A stretch of DNA of 63,057 nt, the filler included, from Aduncisulcus paluster (Eukaryota), in assembly GCA_024181965.1 (NCBI GenBank). It is 6 parts of 6 records of this genome, joined end to end, with 100 filler letters (N's around TTAATTAATTAA, not from the genome) between each part and the next. Parts side by side here need not be neighbours in the genome. Positions count along the whole stretch, not along the records: positions 36,044 to 57,717 come from BQXS01010047.1; positions 57,818 to 63,057 come from BQXS01010049.1; 4 more parts are not named here. One strand, 5' to 3'. The notes beneath the pieces are model-generated. The model was given only the letters and a program-made list of their open reading frames with translations. It made no database searches and was not told the origin of the DNA. Each line of letters opens with the position of its first letter. The first letter of the stretch is position 1. Shown here piece by piece: positions 46,589 to 59,385 of this stretch. The position numbers and the translations under genes are program-made.

Positions 46589-48325
46589 TATATAGATCTA
46601 TTATTCAACGGCTCCATATATACTTGACCTTCCTTTGCAAATAAAATGCTATCCATTCCAATGGCATCTCCAAAGATCCATTCAACATTTGCTCCAAGAT
46701 TTACAGTGCTTTTTGGCACAACACAAAACTTTGACCGAGCCTTTTGATATGACGTTGACTGGTCTCCATCAATGATACTCACTCGTTTTGCATTGTTTAA
46801 GTATTTAAATGCCTTGATTATTCGGGAATAAGGTGTGAATGTGGCTGTCTGAGTGAAAGAAGAGTAGTGAACAAACATTGAATTCTGTTTATCGATGTTA
46901 AAATGGGACTTTCTCACCGGTTGAGAAGATTGTAGTCCTCCCAACTCAGCCAGAAGCAACCGAGAGCATGAATGAGATGAGAAAGGGAAAGACAAGGAGG
47001 ATCGATAGAGCTTGATAATGACATGATATCAGACACATTGTCTCTCCGATAGAATATCTTTGAGAATTGTGGAGTAGTGAACGAAGGAATGCCGGAATAA
47101 GAAGGAATGCCGGAATAAGAAGGAATTGATGATTGAATAGCAGTTTGGACTGAGGACGATGTAATATGTGTCTTATCTTGGCTCTGAGATCCATGAATCT
47201 TGGTACTACTTCTGTCAGTGGCAGTGGATCCTTCAATACTTTCCTTGACATCTTTGATTGTAGACACATATTGCTTGCAAAATAATGGCAACGGTGTCAT
47301 TGATATTCCTTTCATCATACAATATGTCTTATTCTGGGAACAATACTTCGGTGGAAGGGATGAAACTGGTTGATCAGTGAGAGATAAGATATCACACGAT
47401 TGTACGATCGGGTGGGAAGAGGTACGAACGTCACAGATGATAATGGACGAGGAAAACTTGGAAGGATTGACGACAGCTCCAAAATGCTTCGAAGATAGTG
47501 GGCAAAGAGACGTTATGCTTCGAAGGGGAGTGGATAAAGAGGATGAAGGGTTGATTATCGAGTAAATTGGCTTTGAAAGGGATGAGCGAGAGAGATGTCT
47601 AGAATAGGAAGATCGAGAAGTTGTTTGNNNNNNNNNNNNNNNNNNNNGAGATAAGATATCACACGATTGTACGATCGGGTGGGAAGAGGTACGAACGTCA
47701 CAGATGATAATGGACGAGGAAAACTTGGAAGGATTGACGACAGCTCCAAAATGCTTCGAAGATAGTGGGCAAAGAGACGTTATGCTTCGAAGGGGAGTGG
47801 ATGAAGAGGATGAAGGGTTGATTATCGAGTAAATTGGCTTTGAAAGGGATGAGCGAGAGAGATGTCTAGAATAGGAAGATCGAGAAGTTGTTTGGTGAAA
47901 TCCGATCGAAGAACTGGACTTGAGTCTCCAAACCGCGGTATTAGTCCTTGAGTCACATAGAGATACACCGTGTGAAGGGGATGATAGATAAAATAAGGGA
48001 GATGAGAGAGAAAAAGGAGTGGATTCATTATCGTGATATCCGCTACGACCATGTTCGAGGGTTGTTGGGGATGATGGAGTTGTTAAGGGGAAAGGAGTTC
48101 ATGTCGAAGAAGTTTAAACCGATTAGAATGGCCAGATAAAAAAGAAGAAAATGGATAAAGCTTATTTTTAATTTCTGAAAGTGGAATAAATCCAAAGCTA
48201 TTTTGATAATTGAAAAATAATGATTGAGCTCTAGTCCAAGAATAAATGGGGGTTGAATGGAAGTTTTCATAAAGAGAAGACAAAGAAAATAATGGTTTTG
48301 GCCATGTGATGAGAGGATGAAACAT
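46453..48325 (-). pseudogene. Disrupted coding-like region (in-frame TAA stops and a frame change); possible pseudogene
   Basis: ORFs 48083-48325, 47822-48052 and 46914-47318 read as one frame broken by three TAA codons once the gap overlap is removed; 46453-46995 lies in another frame. Confidence 0.3.
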
Positions 48326-48446
48326 CCATTCGGCGAGAAAATGCCGTTTTTCAATTTGGATCTGTCAAGATCCCAATTTGAGCTGGAAGGGTAATAATAA
48401 AGAAATTTCATGGAATGTTTGAATTAGTTTAAATTTTACTTACTTA

Positions 48447-49166
48447 TCATTTTAAGTCCTCTGGAGGGGATGTTAGAGCTTTAGAAAGAAGGTCTATTTG
48501 GAGTCGCATGGATCTTATATCTCTTTCTAACCTTTCCTTTTCTCTTTTAAACTCGGTTTTATCAACAATTCGAAGGAGTTTCTCTCCAGCTAATGCTGAT
48601 CGAAGATTTGAAATTTCTTTTTTGAACTCAATAAGTTGCTTTTCCGCTTTTTCTTTAGCTCTAATTTCCTCTTTTTCTTCTTGTTCTTTGTCGATCACAA
48701 ATCTAATGCCAAACAAATGAATGTTATCACATTTGCCATCCCACGAAGATAAAATACGGATATCACAAGAGATAACATTATGAACACAAATTGGAAATTC
48801 TTGCCAAAATAATTGATTTGGGGGCAATTCGGCCATTTGGTATTCTTTTGTTGTCTTCTTTCCATCAGATGTGAAGAAAGTAACATTGAAATCTTTGATT
48901 CCCCATGGTGAACTATGATGACTAACGACAAACTTACAAAGATAATGTGGAGATGTGAATGGAAGGTGGAGAATCGGATTGAAAAGAATGGAACTTTCAC
49001 CCTTTAGAAACTTTAATAATTCAGAGTGGGCATTGCCATATGAATAGACACCATATGCTTCAGATTCATCTATTTCGGATAGATCCACGTGATGAATAGG
49101 ATATGGACCTTTGTAACGGTTTGAAGGATCCGTTCCATGATCAAGAATTTTTCCGATAATTCTCAT
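48447..49166 (-). CDS. 239-aa protein with a beta-rich domain of a lineage-expanded family plus C-terminal coiled coil
   Basis: LHLPFTSP...FFTSDGKKTTKEY...FPICVHNVISCDI..SSWDG resembles, from memory, the repeated domain of Aduncisulcus paluster hypothetical proteins. Confidence 0.65.
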   Translation of the reverse strand: MRIIGKILDHGTDPSNRYKGPYPIHHVDLSEIDESEAYGVYSYGNAHSELLKFLKGESSILFNPILHLPFTSPHYLCKFVVSHHSSPWGIKDFNVTFFTSDGKKTTKEYQMAELPPNQLFWQEFPICVHNVISCDIRILSSWDGKCDNIHLFGIRFVIDKEQEEKEEIRAKEKAEKQLIEFKKEISNLRSALAGEKLLRIVDKTEFKREKERLERDIRSMRLQIDLLSKALTSPPEDLK

Positions 49167-49652
49167 TCTAGATCAACAAATAACAATAGGATGGGAAGAA
49201 AATAGAAATAGAATAAAATATCCAAGTTAATACAATATTAATTTGTATATGTGGACAAAAGGGAAACTTGGTTGGGACCCAAACTTTGGGTGTCCGATAG
49301 ACGTCGTAAAGAATAAATTATTCAAGATATATTCTTCGCATCATCAAGAATAGATTCATATAATATTGAAAGTTTGTCAATTTTTAACATCAATTAATCC
49401 TATATTCTTGTGTGATCAAAACTTTTGATCAGAGATTGGCAATCTCTATTCCGAATCAAAATCAGATCAAATATATATTATAACAGACAAAATCATCATC
49501 AATTTCGATAGGTAATTATTTTTAATTATAGTTGTTATATACTATTATCTCACATCAACTCAATGATTTCTTCTTGGTTCAGAGTTCGGATTTTTGATCA
49601 CAACTTTTTCTTTCGAATTCCCAACTAAAACACCACATATTTTTCAATTAGT

Positions 49653-51361
49653 ATGGCATCCCGTACTGCTGAACAAGAGTTACGAATCTTATTAGGGCAA
49701 ATGCCAGTTTATGAGAATGCAGTTGTTCTGACTCAACAGATTCATTATGCAATTGGAAAATATCCATCTCTTACAAGAGTTATGCAATTACAGTTAACTA
49801 GGCCAGGTACACAGGCTATGACCGGTGTTATTTGTCTCATTGGAATGCTTCCTATTAAATATCAAGGAAATGCCTTCAATTTCCCAGTTCGAATCTTCTT
49901 TGATTATGACTATCCCAATAGTCCTCCTCTTGTCTATGTTTATCCTTCTCCAGGCCTTCATATTCGACCTACTGCTGAAGTTAGTCTTCTGGGTTATGTA
50001 AAAACTCCAATTCTTATAACATGGCGTAATAACAGAAAAGCTCCTCCAGGACAACATCTTTTATCGGCCCTCGAAGATATAGTTGCCAGATTTTCTCAGA
50101 CTCCACCACTTTCAACAGTGTCTCCCTATGGAAGACAAGATAAGGAAAATGAACGCCTTCGTGCGGATATTCAGCGCGATGGAACTCAGCCTTTCGCTCA
50201 ACGTTGTGGATATTATGGTAGACCGGTATATTTATCAGCTCGACAACAAACTGGTTTGCCTGGAAGAGGAACAACTTATGGTGTCAGGACCACTCCTTCC
50301 ACTTCACTTTTGAGTACAACAAGCCACCCACCTGCAACAACTATGCCCTCTGTCTCCACGAGTGATCTTCATGCCCTTCGTTATCTTCTTGCAAACAAAT
50401 TGGCTCAAGATGTTGTAATGATGAGACAAAACCTCAAGAGCGCGAAGCAATATCTCGATAAACATCGCTCCGAAGTCGTTGGAATGAGTGGTCAGATGAC
50501 GAGGAGTGTTGAACGGTTGACAGAGAAGAAATCTGTTATGATTAAGGCAATTGAGGATGCTAAGAAAGAGAAGGAGATTGCCCTTGCCGAAAAGGCTGCC
50601 AAAGAAGCCACTGACCTGANNNNNNNNNNNNNNNNNNNNGCGCGAAGCAATATCTCGATAAACATCGCTCCGAAGTCGTTGGAATGAGTGGTCAGATGAC
50701 GAGGAGTGTTGAACGGTTGACAGAGAAGAAATCTGTTATGATTAAGGCAATTGAGGATGCTAAGAAAGAGAAGGAGATTGCCCTTGCCGAAAAGGCTGCC
50801 AAAGAAGCCACTGACCTGAGTCTAAGTGCAACATCGACCCATGATAATCCCCGAGAAGCTCTCTTCCATGAACTTGAAAAGATACTGTCTTCTTCTTATG
50901 ATATTGATGATAAAAGTAAGCAGATCCTCCATTACTCGGCCACTGTCCATGCATGCAATGATACATTGACTCGTCTTCAGGGTGCCATTGCCAACCGTTG
51001 TTTGTTGTTGGATGAGGAAGGAGCTTCAGCAGAGAAACGTGATCAGTGCATTATGGGTGGCCTTGGCTGTGTGTCAAGGGTTTCAAACTCCATGTATGAG
51101 TGTACCATGGCTGTCCGTGAGCTTGTTGGTAAGAAAATGCAACAACATTTGTCAAGTCCACCTGTTCCAGGGAGAAGAGCAGGAACAGGCGGTGCTGCGG
51201 CAAGATCTGGGTCATATTACACTCCTCCTGGGATGTCTGGTCCATCTTCGTCTCACTTTGTAAACCCATTGATATCTGGGGGAAGCACTGCTCTTCCCCC
51301 TCAAGCTAAGACACAGCCTGTCCGAGACAAGCCTTTGATTGGCTGGGATTTTGGATTCTAA
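49653..51361 (+). CDS. TSG101: ESCRT-I subunit TSG101/Vps23 (~502 aa after removing a 200-bp gap overlap)
   Basis: UEV domain GMLPIKYQGNAFNFPVRIFFDYDYPNSPPLVYVYP, coiled coil, SB-like region; 50440-50619 repeated from 50640. Confidence 0.88.
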
Positions 51362-52576
51362 TCTCAGTTAATATTCTTATTCGGCATGAGGGGAACAAAC
51401 TTGTATCTCGCTGTACGACAATATATTATTCATAATATTACGTTTAAGAGGGGAGTATCCACTAGCTTTTCTCGAACGAATGTGGGCTAGTGGCATCATC
51501 TTTTCTCTTGTTTTGTAAAATCTTTGCCTTATTTTTATCTCTATTTTTTTAGAATTATTTACACTTTTACAATCATACACATTCATTATATACATTTTAT
51601 ATACTTACTTTGTCTTTATATTTTCAGTCCATGTCAGAACAATCTCAATGATATTGTTTATTTAGTAATGTAAATGATATTCATGTTTTTGACCTACTGA
51701 GACCGCATTTCTAAAAATATTGTTCTATTTTTGGCCTGTGTCTTTCCAACTCAAACAGAATCTCATATCAGTTCGGAAAGAGCAATTTGACCTCATAAAA
51801 TATATTAATATATATTTATCCGATNNNNNNNNNNNNNNNNNNNNACTTGTATCTCGCTGTACGACAATATATTATTCATAATATTACGTTTAAGAGGGGA
51901 GTATCCACTAGCTTTTCTCGAACGAATGTGGGCTAGTGGCATCATCTTTTCTCTTGTTTTGTAAAATCTTTGCCTTATTTTTATCTCTATTTTTTTTAGA
52001 ATTATTTACACTTTTACAATCATACACATTCATTATATACATTTTATATACTTACTTTGTCTTTATATTTTCAGTCCATGTCAGAACAATCTCAATGATA
52101 TTGTTTATTTAGTAATGTAAATGATATTCATGTTTTTGACCTACTGAGACCGCATTTCTAAAAATATTGTTCTATTTTTGGCCTGTGTCTTTCCAACTCA
52201 AACAGAATCTCATATCAGTTCGGAAAGAGCAATTTGACCTCATAAAATATATTAATATATATTTATCCGATTGAATTGACCAATAAATAATATTTCTATA
52301 AATAGAATCAATCGAAGGAGTTCAATTCCAACGTCAAAAAGATGAAAAATTGCCAAGAAATAACGGAAAAGAATTTTAAAAATATTGAAAATGTAAAATA
52401 GAATTGAAGAAAATGAAATTATTATTATTGGGGCACACTTAAATATGCCGAACAATATTATCACGAATATTAATAAATAGAAAATAAGTGATTGTCATTT
52501 TTTAGTCTCGACTAAAAATAGGACTATATACTCAAGAAGAAACAAAAGATACAATACTGTAGATTATACAATATTG

Positions 52577-52620
52577 CACTGCACTGTAGTGTTAGCTCAC
52601 TGCACTGTAGTGTTAGCTCA
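52577..52620. repeat. 21-bp tandem direct repeat in the SCAMP 3' flank
   Basis: CACTGCACTGTAGTGTTAGCT x2. Confidence 0.85.
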
Positions 52621-52647
52621 TAGGGAAATACAGACAAGTATAAGGGC

Positions 52648-53904
52648 TCAAGCGAAGGTCTTTCGTGCTCTGGAGAGTATGGAACCTTTGGTCTTCTTCT
52701 CTTCTGCTGCCTGCTCTTTCAAGAATTTCCTGTAAGATAGGAGATCTTTGAGGACAAAGAAAGTAAAGAGAAGAACGGGAAGCAAAAGAGCAAAGCAAAT
52801 AATGCAAATGACACCAATCAACCCATTGCCACTCTTGAAGGCACTTAGCATCATGAGGAACCCACAGTACTTGAGTCCAACGGCATCCATTCCAAGGATG
52901 ACAAAGAATACAATTTGGAACAGGATGGCGACATTATTGGCAGCTCGACTTCCCTTCTTGAAAGCAGTGTAAGTCCCAAGGAAAGCTGCAATAATGTACA
53001 AGGGAATGGCAAGTAAAATATTAGAGAAATTTTTCATGAAACCCTCGATAATAGACAGTTCTTCGAAGGAGGAGAAGATAGTCAAAATGTATCCGATAAG
53101 ATTACCAAGGAAGGAGAGACACACAAGCCATACACACCAATATGCAAACTTAACGGTGCCTTGGAACTGCTCAGGAATATCACGGGCAATGTCCACACGT
53201 GTCATGGGACAACAGGGGGGGAAATTAGGAGCATCGGGGCCCATAGAATCATACTTCTCACGAACGGATGCAGGCATGAAACGAGTCTCATTTGGATTGA
53301 GTTGATCGCCCCATGAAGTCATTTTGCCGGCAAAAGATGATCCGACTGACGGTGGGATGAACTTTTGATCCCGTCTGGGACCTGTAGGAGCAACTGTCTC
53401 ACGAATATGGCTCTTGACTGCAGATACTGCAGCATCAGTTATTTGGTCTTCTACATATTGCTTGTATCTGTCAAGGCCCTTCTTAGAGGGCGGAGGAGGA
53501 GGAACTCTGTCATCAACATACCCTGCATCATGAGCTGGATGAGCTCTATTTGAGGGGGGAAACTCAGAACGAGGAATTGGGGGAGGCGAGGATGGAGTAT
53601 GCGAATATGATGCATGAGGAACAGGAGTGGTTGAACGTGTCCGGGAAGCCGATGGGGGGATAGATCTGGGGATGGGAGGTGGAGATGAATGTGGGACGGG
53701 GGGAGGCAATGATAGAGAACCTTCTAAAGGTGGCAATGGATTGGGCGCTGTATGACTAGTAGAACCAATCTATTTTGAACGATTAAATAATCATGAAAAA
53801 AGGTGAAAATAAGTGAAATTCAGAAAATCACATGAAATGGATAAAAATAAAAAATTACATACATTTCTTTTTGGTGGAGGAGGAGGTGGAGGTTGTGGAG
53901 TCAT
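52648..53904 (-). CDS. SCAMP: Secretory carrier membrane protein (SCAMP) with Pro-rich N-terminus; exons 53904-53863 and 53769-52648
   Basis: PNFPPCCPMTRVDIARDIP matches the SCAMP N-terminal motif, followed by four TM helices; GTATGT...TAG intron 53862-53770 keeps the frame. Confidence 0.8.
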
Positions 53905-54316
53905 AAATATGTCGTAAATATAAAAGAATTGTCGAGAAAAACGCCAAATACTCACTCTGACCGGTGGGCAATATAAATTCACACTATTAATGGATAGAAT
54001 AACAATTATATTCATAAATATTTAGAATAGCCATATTTATATCTCAAAACACCTTTCATAACTTGGAGCAGGGGTTGAACCGGGAATATTGGATTGAGAT
54101 GTCAGTAAATTGAACTTATAATATTCTTCTTAAATAATCATATGAATATAAAATTTAAATCTTTTGAGAAAATCCCTTTTAGGTTTGTTCTTCAATCAGT
54201 AGACCGAAAAATTGTTGTTGTCGACATTCTGATTATTATTCCATTTTTATCTTCAGGAAAATTGTAATATAATATAAGGTTGATTCATTTTAATCATATC
54301 ATACTCCGTAGACCAA

Positions 54317-57300
54317 ATGGAAGATTCAATATTGAAAGACGTTTCTCATCTTGATGATATTCGATGTCAGAAAGATGATAATTTTGATAAATTGCTGCAA
54401 TTAGTGGAATATTTTGAAGACAATTGTTCCACATATCTGTCAGCCTATGAGACATACAAGGCATATGGAAAAGACTTCAAAGAGTTGGATAGGAAGGTTG
54501 GAGTTCTTCTCAATCAAATCAACAAGATTACGGCAACCGTGAAAATAGCAACTGATAAGCCAAAAAGGTTACAAGACCAGATGACAAACCGTAAGCGTGT
54601 AATTGCACCAATCGCCAAGTTTCTTGATCACGTTCCACCCAAGAGTATTATTGGTGCAATTCAAAGTAATCCTCCCGATTCTCCCGAATTTATTGGAATT
54701 ATTAATGATATTGCTAAGAAACTGAAATTCTTTGAAGGATATCCCTCTGGCAAGGCAGTGGATGAAGCTAAAGCGAGATTGAACGAATGTAAAAAACTAA
54801 TAGCGAGTATTATTATTTCAACCATCCTCAAATCAAGCTCTTCATCCGTTTCAAGCATTTCCTCCAAACTTCAATCTCCTTCAGACTATTCTAATTCAGT
54901 TTTTACCGAATTAATACCCAAAACAACATTTTTTCCTCCTTATGTTCGCTTCTTGACAGATATTCACGCGGATACTCAAGTTATCATGCTCGAGAATCTT
55001 ATTACTCCGTTATTGAGTTATTTTAAATCTAAACTACAAGAATTTTCAGCATTTATTGTTAACTATTTATCAACCTATCTATTGTCATCACCTTCGAGCT
55101 CTATTCAAGGTTTTCCCATCCAACTTCTTGGCGGGCCCGATAGATGGGGAATTACATCCCAACAAATCATTAAACACGGATACATTCCAGATATTTACGG
55201 GAAAGTCGGTGTAATATACCGTAATAGCGATGAACTAAAGCATGGTGATGAGAAAGGGGGCTTTTTCAAAAGAAAACGTAAGATGACAACATCTGGGCCA
55301 CCTCTAAGTCTTTTGGCTGAGACTGACATGTTTAAAGTGGTTCATTGCTCTCAGAATTTCTATGAAAGATGTATTCTTGTGGGTTTGTGTTCAATGTGTA
55401 TTTATAACAAGAAAACAGCCCTGAAGCGGGCCTCCTCGTTCTCTGGAGGCGATTTCCTTCGAGGTAGTAAGCATTCTTCGCCCATTGAATCCCAATTATC
55501 TCCCATACTAAGTGCGTCGATGTCCTCTCCGTCCTTCAGATCTCCTGCTTCTGGTGATGCTTATCTCCCGGCTCATCTTCTCCCAAGTCCTCGAATTTCA
55601 AAGTTTCTCAATCTAATTATAGCTGATTGTGCCTTATCCCCATTTTGTTCATCATCGCCAAATGTTACCATGCATCCCCGCCTTGAAAATGCCGAGATGT
55701 TTGTTGCTGACTGTGCCGAAAGCGTTGCTATCACCAGGAGGAGAACAATGGAATTGATTCTGTCGGTTATAGACAGTAACTCGCTTTTGGCCGTTCTTCC
55801 GGTTCCGGCCGGTATGGGTGACCATTCACATGGGATGTATGTTGATATTGCTGATCTCGCATGTGTTCTTGAGTTTTGTGAGGAACAAGGTGTTGCTATT
55901 CCCTCTGTAATCAAGATAAAAGAACATGAGCATGTTTCCCTTAAACTTAATGAATTTTATGAATCCAAGAAACGCTGGAAATTATCCAAAAAACAATCAC
56001 CCTTTTTGATTCCTTCTGCTTCCGGTTCCTCCAAAAGCTCCCAAGGTGCTGCTCGGATCCTTAGCTCACGGCCTCACACGCTATTCTCCACTTCCCTGGG
56101 TGTCCTTTCACCTCCGATGTGTGTCATGGCCATTGTTCGTGGTGCTCTGACGCAACTCGATGGTTCAAGGATGCTATGTGGCTGTGCGTGTGGGCGGGAG
56201 GTTGCGTTGAGTCACTATTTGCACATTGAGCTGAGCAAAGCAATTCAGGATGGAACCTTGGATATNNNNNNNNNNNNNNNNNNNNAACATGAGCATGTTT
56301 CCCTTAAACTTAATGAATTTTATGAATCCAAGAAACGCTGGAAATTATCCAAAAAACAATCACCCTTTTTGATTCCTTCTGCTTCCGGTTCCTCCAAAAG
56401 CTCCCAAGGTGCTGCTCGGATCCTTAGCTCACGGCCTCACACGCTATTCTCCACTTCCCTGGGTGTCCTTTCACCTCCGATGTGTGTCATGGCCATTGTT
56501 CGTGGTGCTCTGACGCAACTCGATGGTTCAAGGATGCTATGTGGCTGTGCGTGTGGGCGAGAGGTTGCGTTGAGTCACTATTTGCACATTGAGCTGAGCA
56601 AAGCAATTCAGGATGGAACCTTGGATATCCTTGAGAAGTATGTCCGTCACATTGACATAAATGATTGTCTGTTATCGTTACGGGTCGTTGAGAAAAAGAA
56701 AGAGGAGGAAGAGGAGAAGAGGAGAGAGGAGAGGGAGAGAGAAAAGAAGAGAGAAGAGGAAGAGGAGAGGAGAATTGATGGTGAGAAAGTTGGAAGATCG
56801 TGTGCGTATTTCTCACCTTCTCTTCTATTTTTATCTTCGGTGACTGATTCTATTTATGGACTTGCTCAAGAGAAACTCAGCCACCTCAAGAAAGTATTTG
56901 CTAAATCTATTCCCCCAATGCTCGTCAAGAGCACAAAACGATCCCCCCATAAACTGGGGGACTTGACCTTATCTCCGTTCTATTCGTCTCCGAGAGGAAT
57001 GAGAATGCTGGCAAACGGCATAACTGCGGATGTTTTGAAGCTTGCCAGTCTGCTTGGGTGTGCAATCAGTTCTTCCCAACTTGAGATTATCAGAAACCCT
57101 TCAAGGAATGGAAGAGAAAGTGGTGAAAATAAGAGATCGTCAAGTTCATCCACAACTGCAAAGAAGAGTTCCTCTGATAGCTCGGCCATTCATTCATCAG
57201 ATTCTGTGTCTGATGGATTATCTGATTCCATCTCTTCTTCTCACATCTCTTCTTCTCACATCTCTTCTTCTTCTTCTCCCACTCCAACACATACTATTAC

Positions 57301-57717
57301 TCTCCCTCTCACTCTGTCCATTGGGCATATGATAGTGCATAGGATATTTGAACGATGTAATAGTCTCTGCCTGACCATGGAAACATGGAATAGGGCAAAA
57401 CAACACTCAAAACCTGCTGTCTATGTTATTCATGAGAATGGGAAAGAAGGGAGGAGAAAGGATGCAAAGTTAGTCCATGTAACACTTTTATTCGGAATGG
57501 GATTAGCCTCTTCGTCAAGACTAACTGTGGGGGCGGCGGAAGGGTCGATTAATCCTCGGTCAGGTGACAACAGTTCAATTGTTCAATTTTCTCCATTGTT
57601 GCTTGCCCATATTATTCAGATAACCGCTCTTTCGGCCTGCATGGGTGTCTTTGGATGTGAGAAAGGGAACGAAATTCATCACGGAATTCATAACAAATTC
57701 TCTCGGCGACTAGAAGA
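54317..57717 (+). CDS. VPS52: GARP complex subunit Vps52-like, divergent with insertions, 3' truncated; contains a 363-bp gap overlap
   Basis: RLQDQMTNRKRVIAPIAKFLDHVPPKSIIGAI...PEFI...KAVDEAKARL resembles the Vps52 N-terminal region; 55923-56265 repeated from 56286. Confidence 0.6.
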
Positions 57718-57817
57718 NNNNNNNNNNNNNNNNNNNNNNNNNNNNNNNNNNNNNNNNNNNNTTAATTAATTAANNNNNNNNNNNNNNNNNNNNNNNNNNN
57801 NNNNNNNNNNNNNNNNN
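57718..57817. other. Artificial contig-join spacer
   Basis: N44-TTAATTAATTAA-N44. Confidence 0.97.
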
Positions 57818-58704
57818 GATTCAATCGAAGGGAGTCTAGAGAGGCTGGATATAGCATTTGTCCGGGATGAACTGATATGGGAAAGGGAAAGGCCAAAAGA
57901 AGGGATGGATTGTGTGTGTTTATCATCATCAGAACTATTTACAGAATCTTTATCGGAAGATTGGAAGGAAATACCCGACCCGAAACCTTTAAGAGGTCTA
58001 TCAGGTTTCTTTGACACCTTTTGCATTTTTGAATGAGATGACTTTGATTTCTTTGATTTAATTTTTTTCTTGCCCTTTTTTAGTTGCGCCATTTCAGAGC
58101 TGCTTGCCAAGGTTGTGATAGGTGTTGAAGAAATACGCTGTGACATCATGAGAGGTTGTGACAGTAATAAAGGAGTATGTTGAGTCGATGGATCAATTCC
58201 GCTGGCCATGGCACTATCTGCTTTATCAGTAGTTGACGGAACTGCTATTTGTGGGGAGGCTGACACCGTTTGATAAAGCTGCATGAAAGGAGATCGAGCA
58301 TCAGTTTCATTTTCAGGCTTATCAGAGTTGGAGACTTTCTTCAGAAAAGGGGATGATGGTGGAGGCATTTCTTCCTTTGAAGCAGGAAATTTTAATTCGG
58401 TAGGTTTTGGAGGTTGTTCAGAAATAGGAGAGGAAGGTACACCACTGCCAAATGAAAATGAAAACGCCGAATCTTGTTTCTTACTCCTTGAAGCATGACC
58501 AAAATGTGTACTGTCTGACAAATTAAAAGAAAAAGAATCATTACCCCCATCTAAATTATGACTTAAAGAATATGTTGATGATTGTAAGGGGAAATCAGAT
58601 TTTTCACCGGATTTTGAACTAGAATCAGAACAAAAAGCAGATCCTTGAAAGGGAAAAGCGGTTGAAACATCATCATCCTTGGAGAAAGAAAATTTTTGCG
58701 ACAT
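57818..58704 (-). CDS. Ser-rich disordered protein N-terminus with FSF/FG-like motifs, 3' truncated
   Basis: ATG 58704 open to the spacer; KFSFS, SFSFN, FSFSFGSG, GFGSG motifs. Confidence 0.6.
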
Positions 58705-59385
58705 TATCTTCCCAAAATATAAATAACTATCTTTTTACGGGCACAATTTGTTATTTTTGCGACAAAACAAAAGGATCATCTTTGGAATGCTTTCAAATTC
58801 CACCATTCTTTTTCAATATTGATTGGAAAGATCTAGCCAATATATGTCGTTCAAAAATTTATATATGAACATATTTTATTAAAAATTCATTTTCATATAT
58901 TAAAAATTGTCCTTTTGCAAGCATATAGCACCAATCACAATTACAAATTGTAGTACAGTATAATAAATCAATTTATTTGAATTGAACTAAAAGAATTGGG
59001 CAATAATAATAATAAGTCAGATGTTTATAAGGGTGAAAATAAAGTAAGATAGGTGATAATGAGGGTAGCATTGTGGAAGGTTACAGTAACAGTATTAACG
59101 ACCAAAATTTGAAGAAAATGGAAAAAAAAAGAAAGATCTTGATGGTTTCATCAGAAACAACTAAAAAACATTATAAATAATTCAATTCTTGACAACCAAC
59201 TAAACTATTAATATTAATCACGAATTTCGTATATTATACATATCTAGGAAATAAATTCAGGAAGATATTGAAATCATTACTATTCTGTTTAAAATAAAGA
59301 CCTTATTCAACATGATATTGAAGGAAACGACCATCGAAAGCTCACTTGAATATGATTCGTGTCTTTCTTAATTATTATTAATACA

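Noticed and set aside
46453-48325. TAA-to-Gln genetic code reassignment as in hexamitid diplomonads
   Set aside because: Conserved genes here (RPL31, TSG101, gag-pol) end at TAA and have no internal TAA/TAG
2918-56628. Direct repeats of ~180-430 bp flanking each 20-N gap (3170, 34393, 39370, 47628, 50620, 51825, 56266) and the resulting split ORFs
   Set aside because: Unmerged contig overlaps; where checked, removing one copy plus the gap restores a single reading frame
16716-57817. Recurring TTAATTAATTAA palindrome inside N runs
   Set aside because: Artificial all-frame-stop linker between contigs; gene adjacency across it (e.g. transposase next to retrotransposon) has no biological meaning
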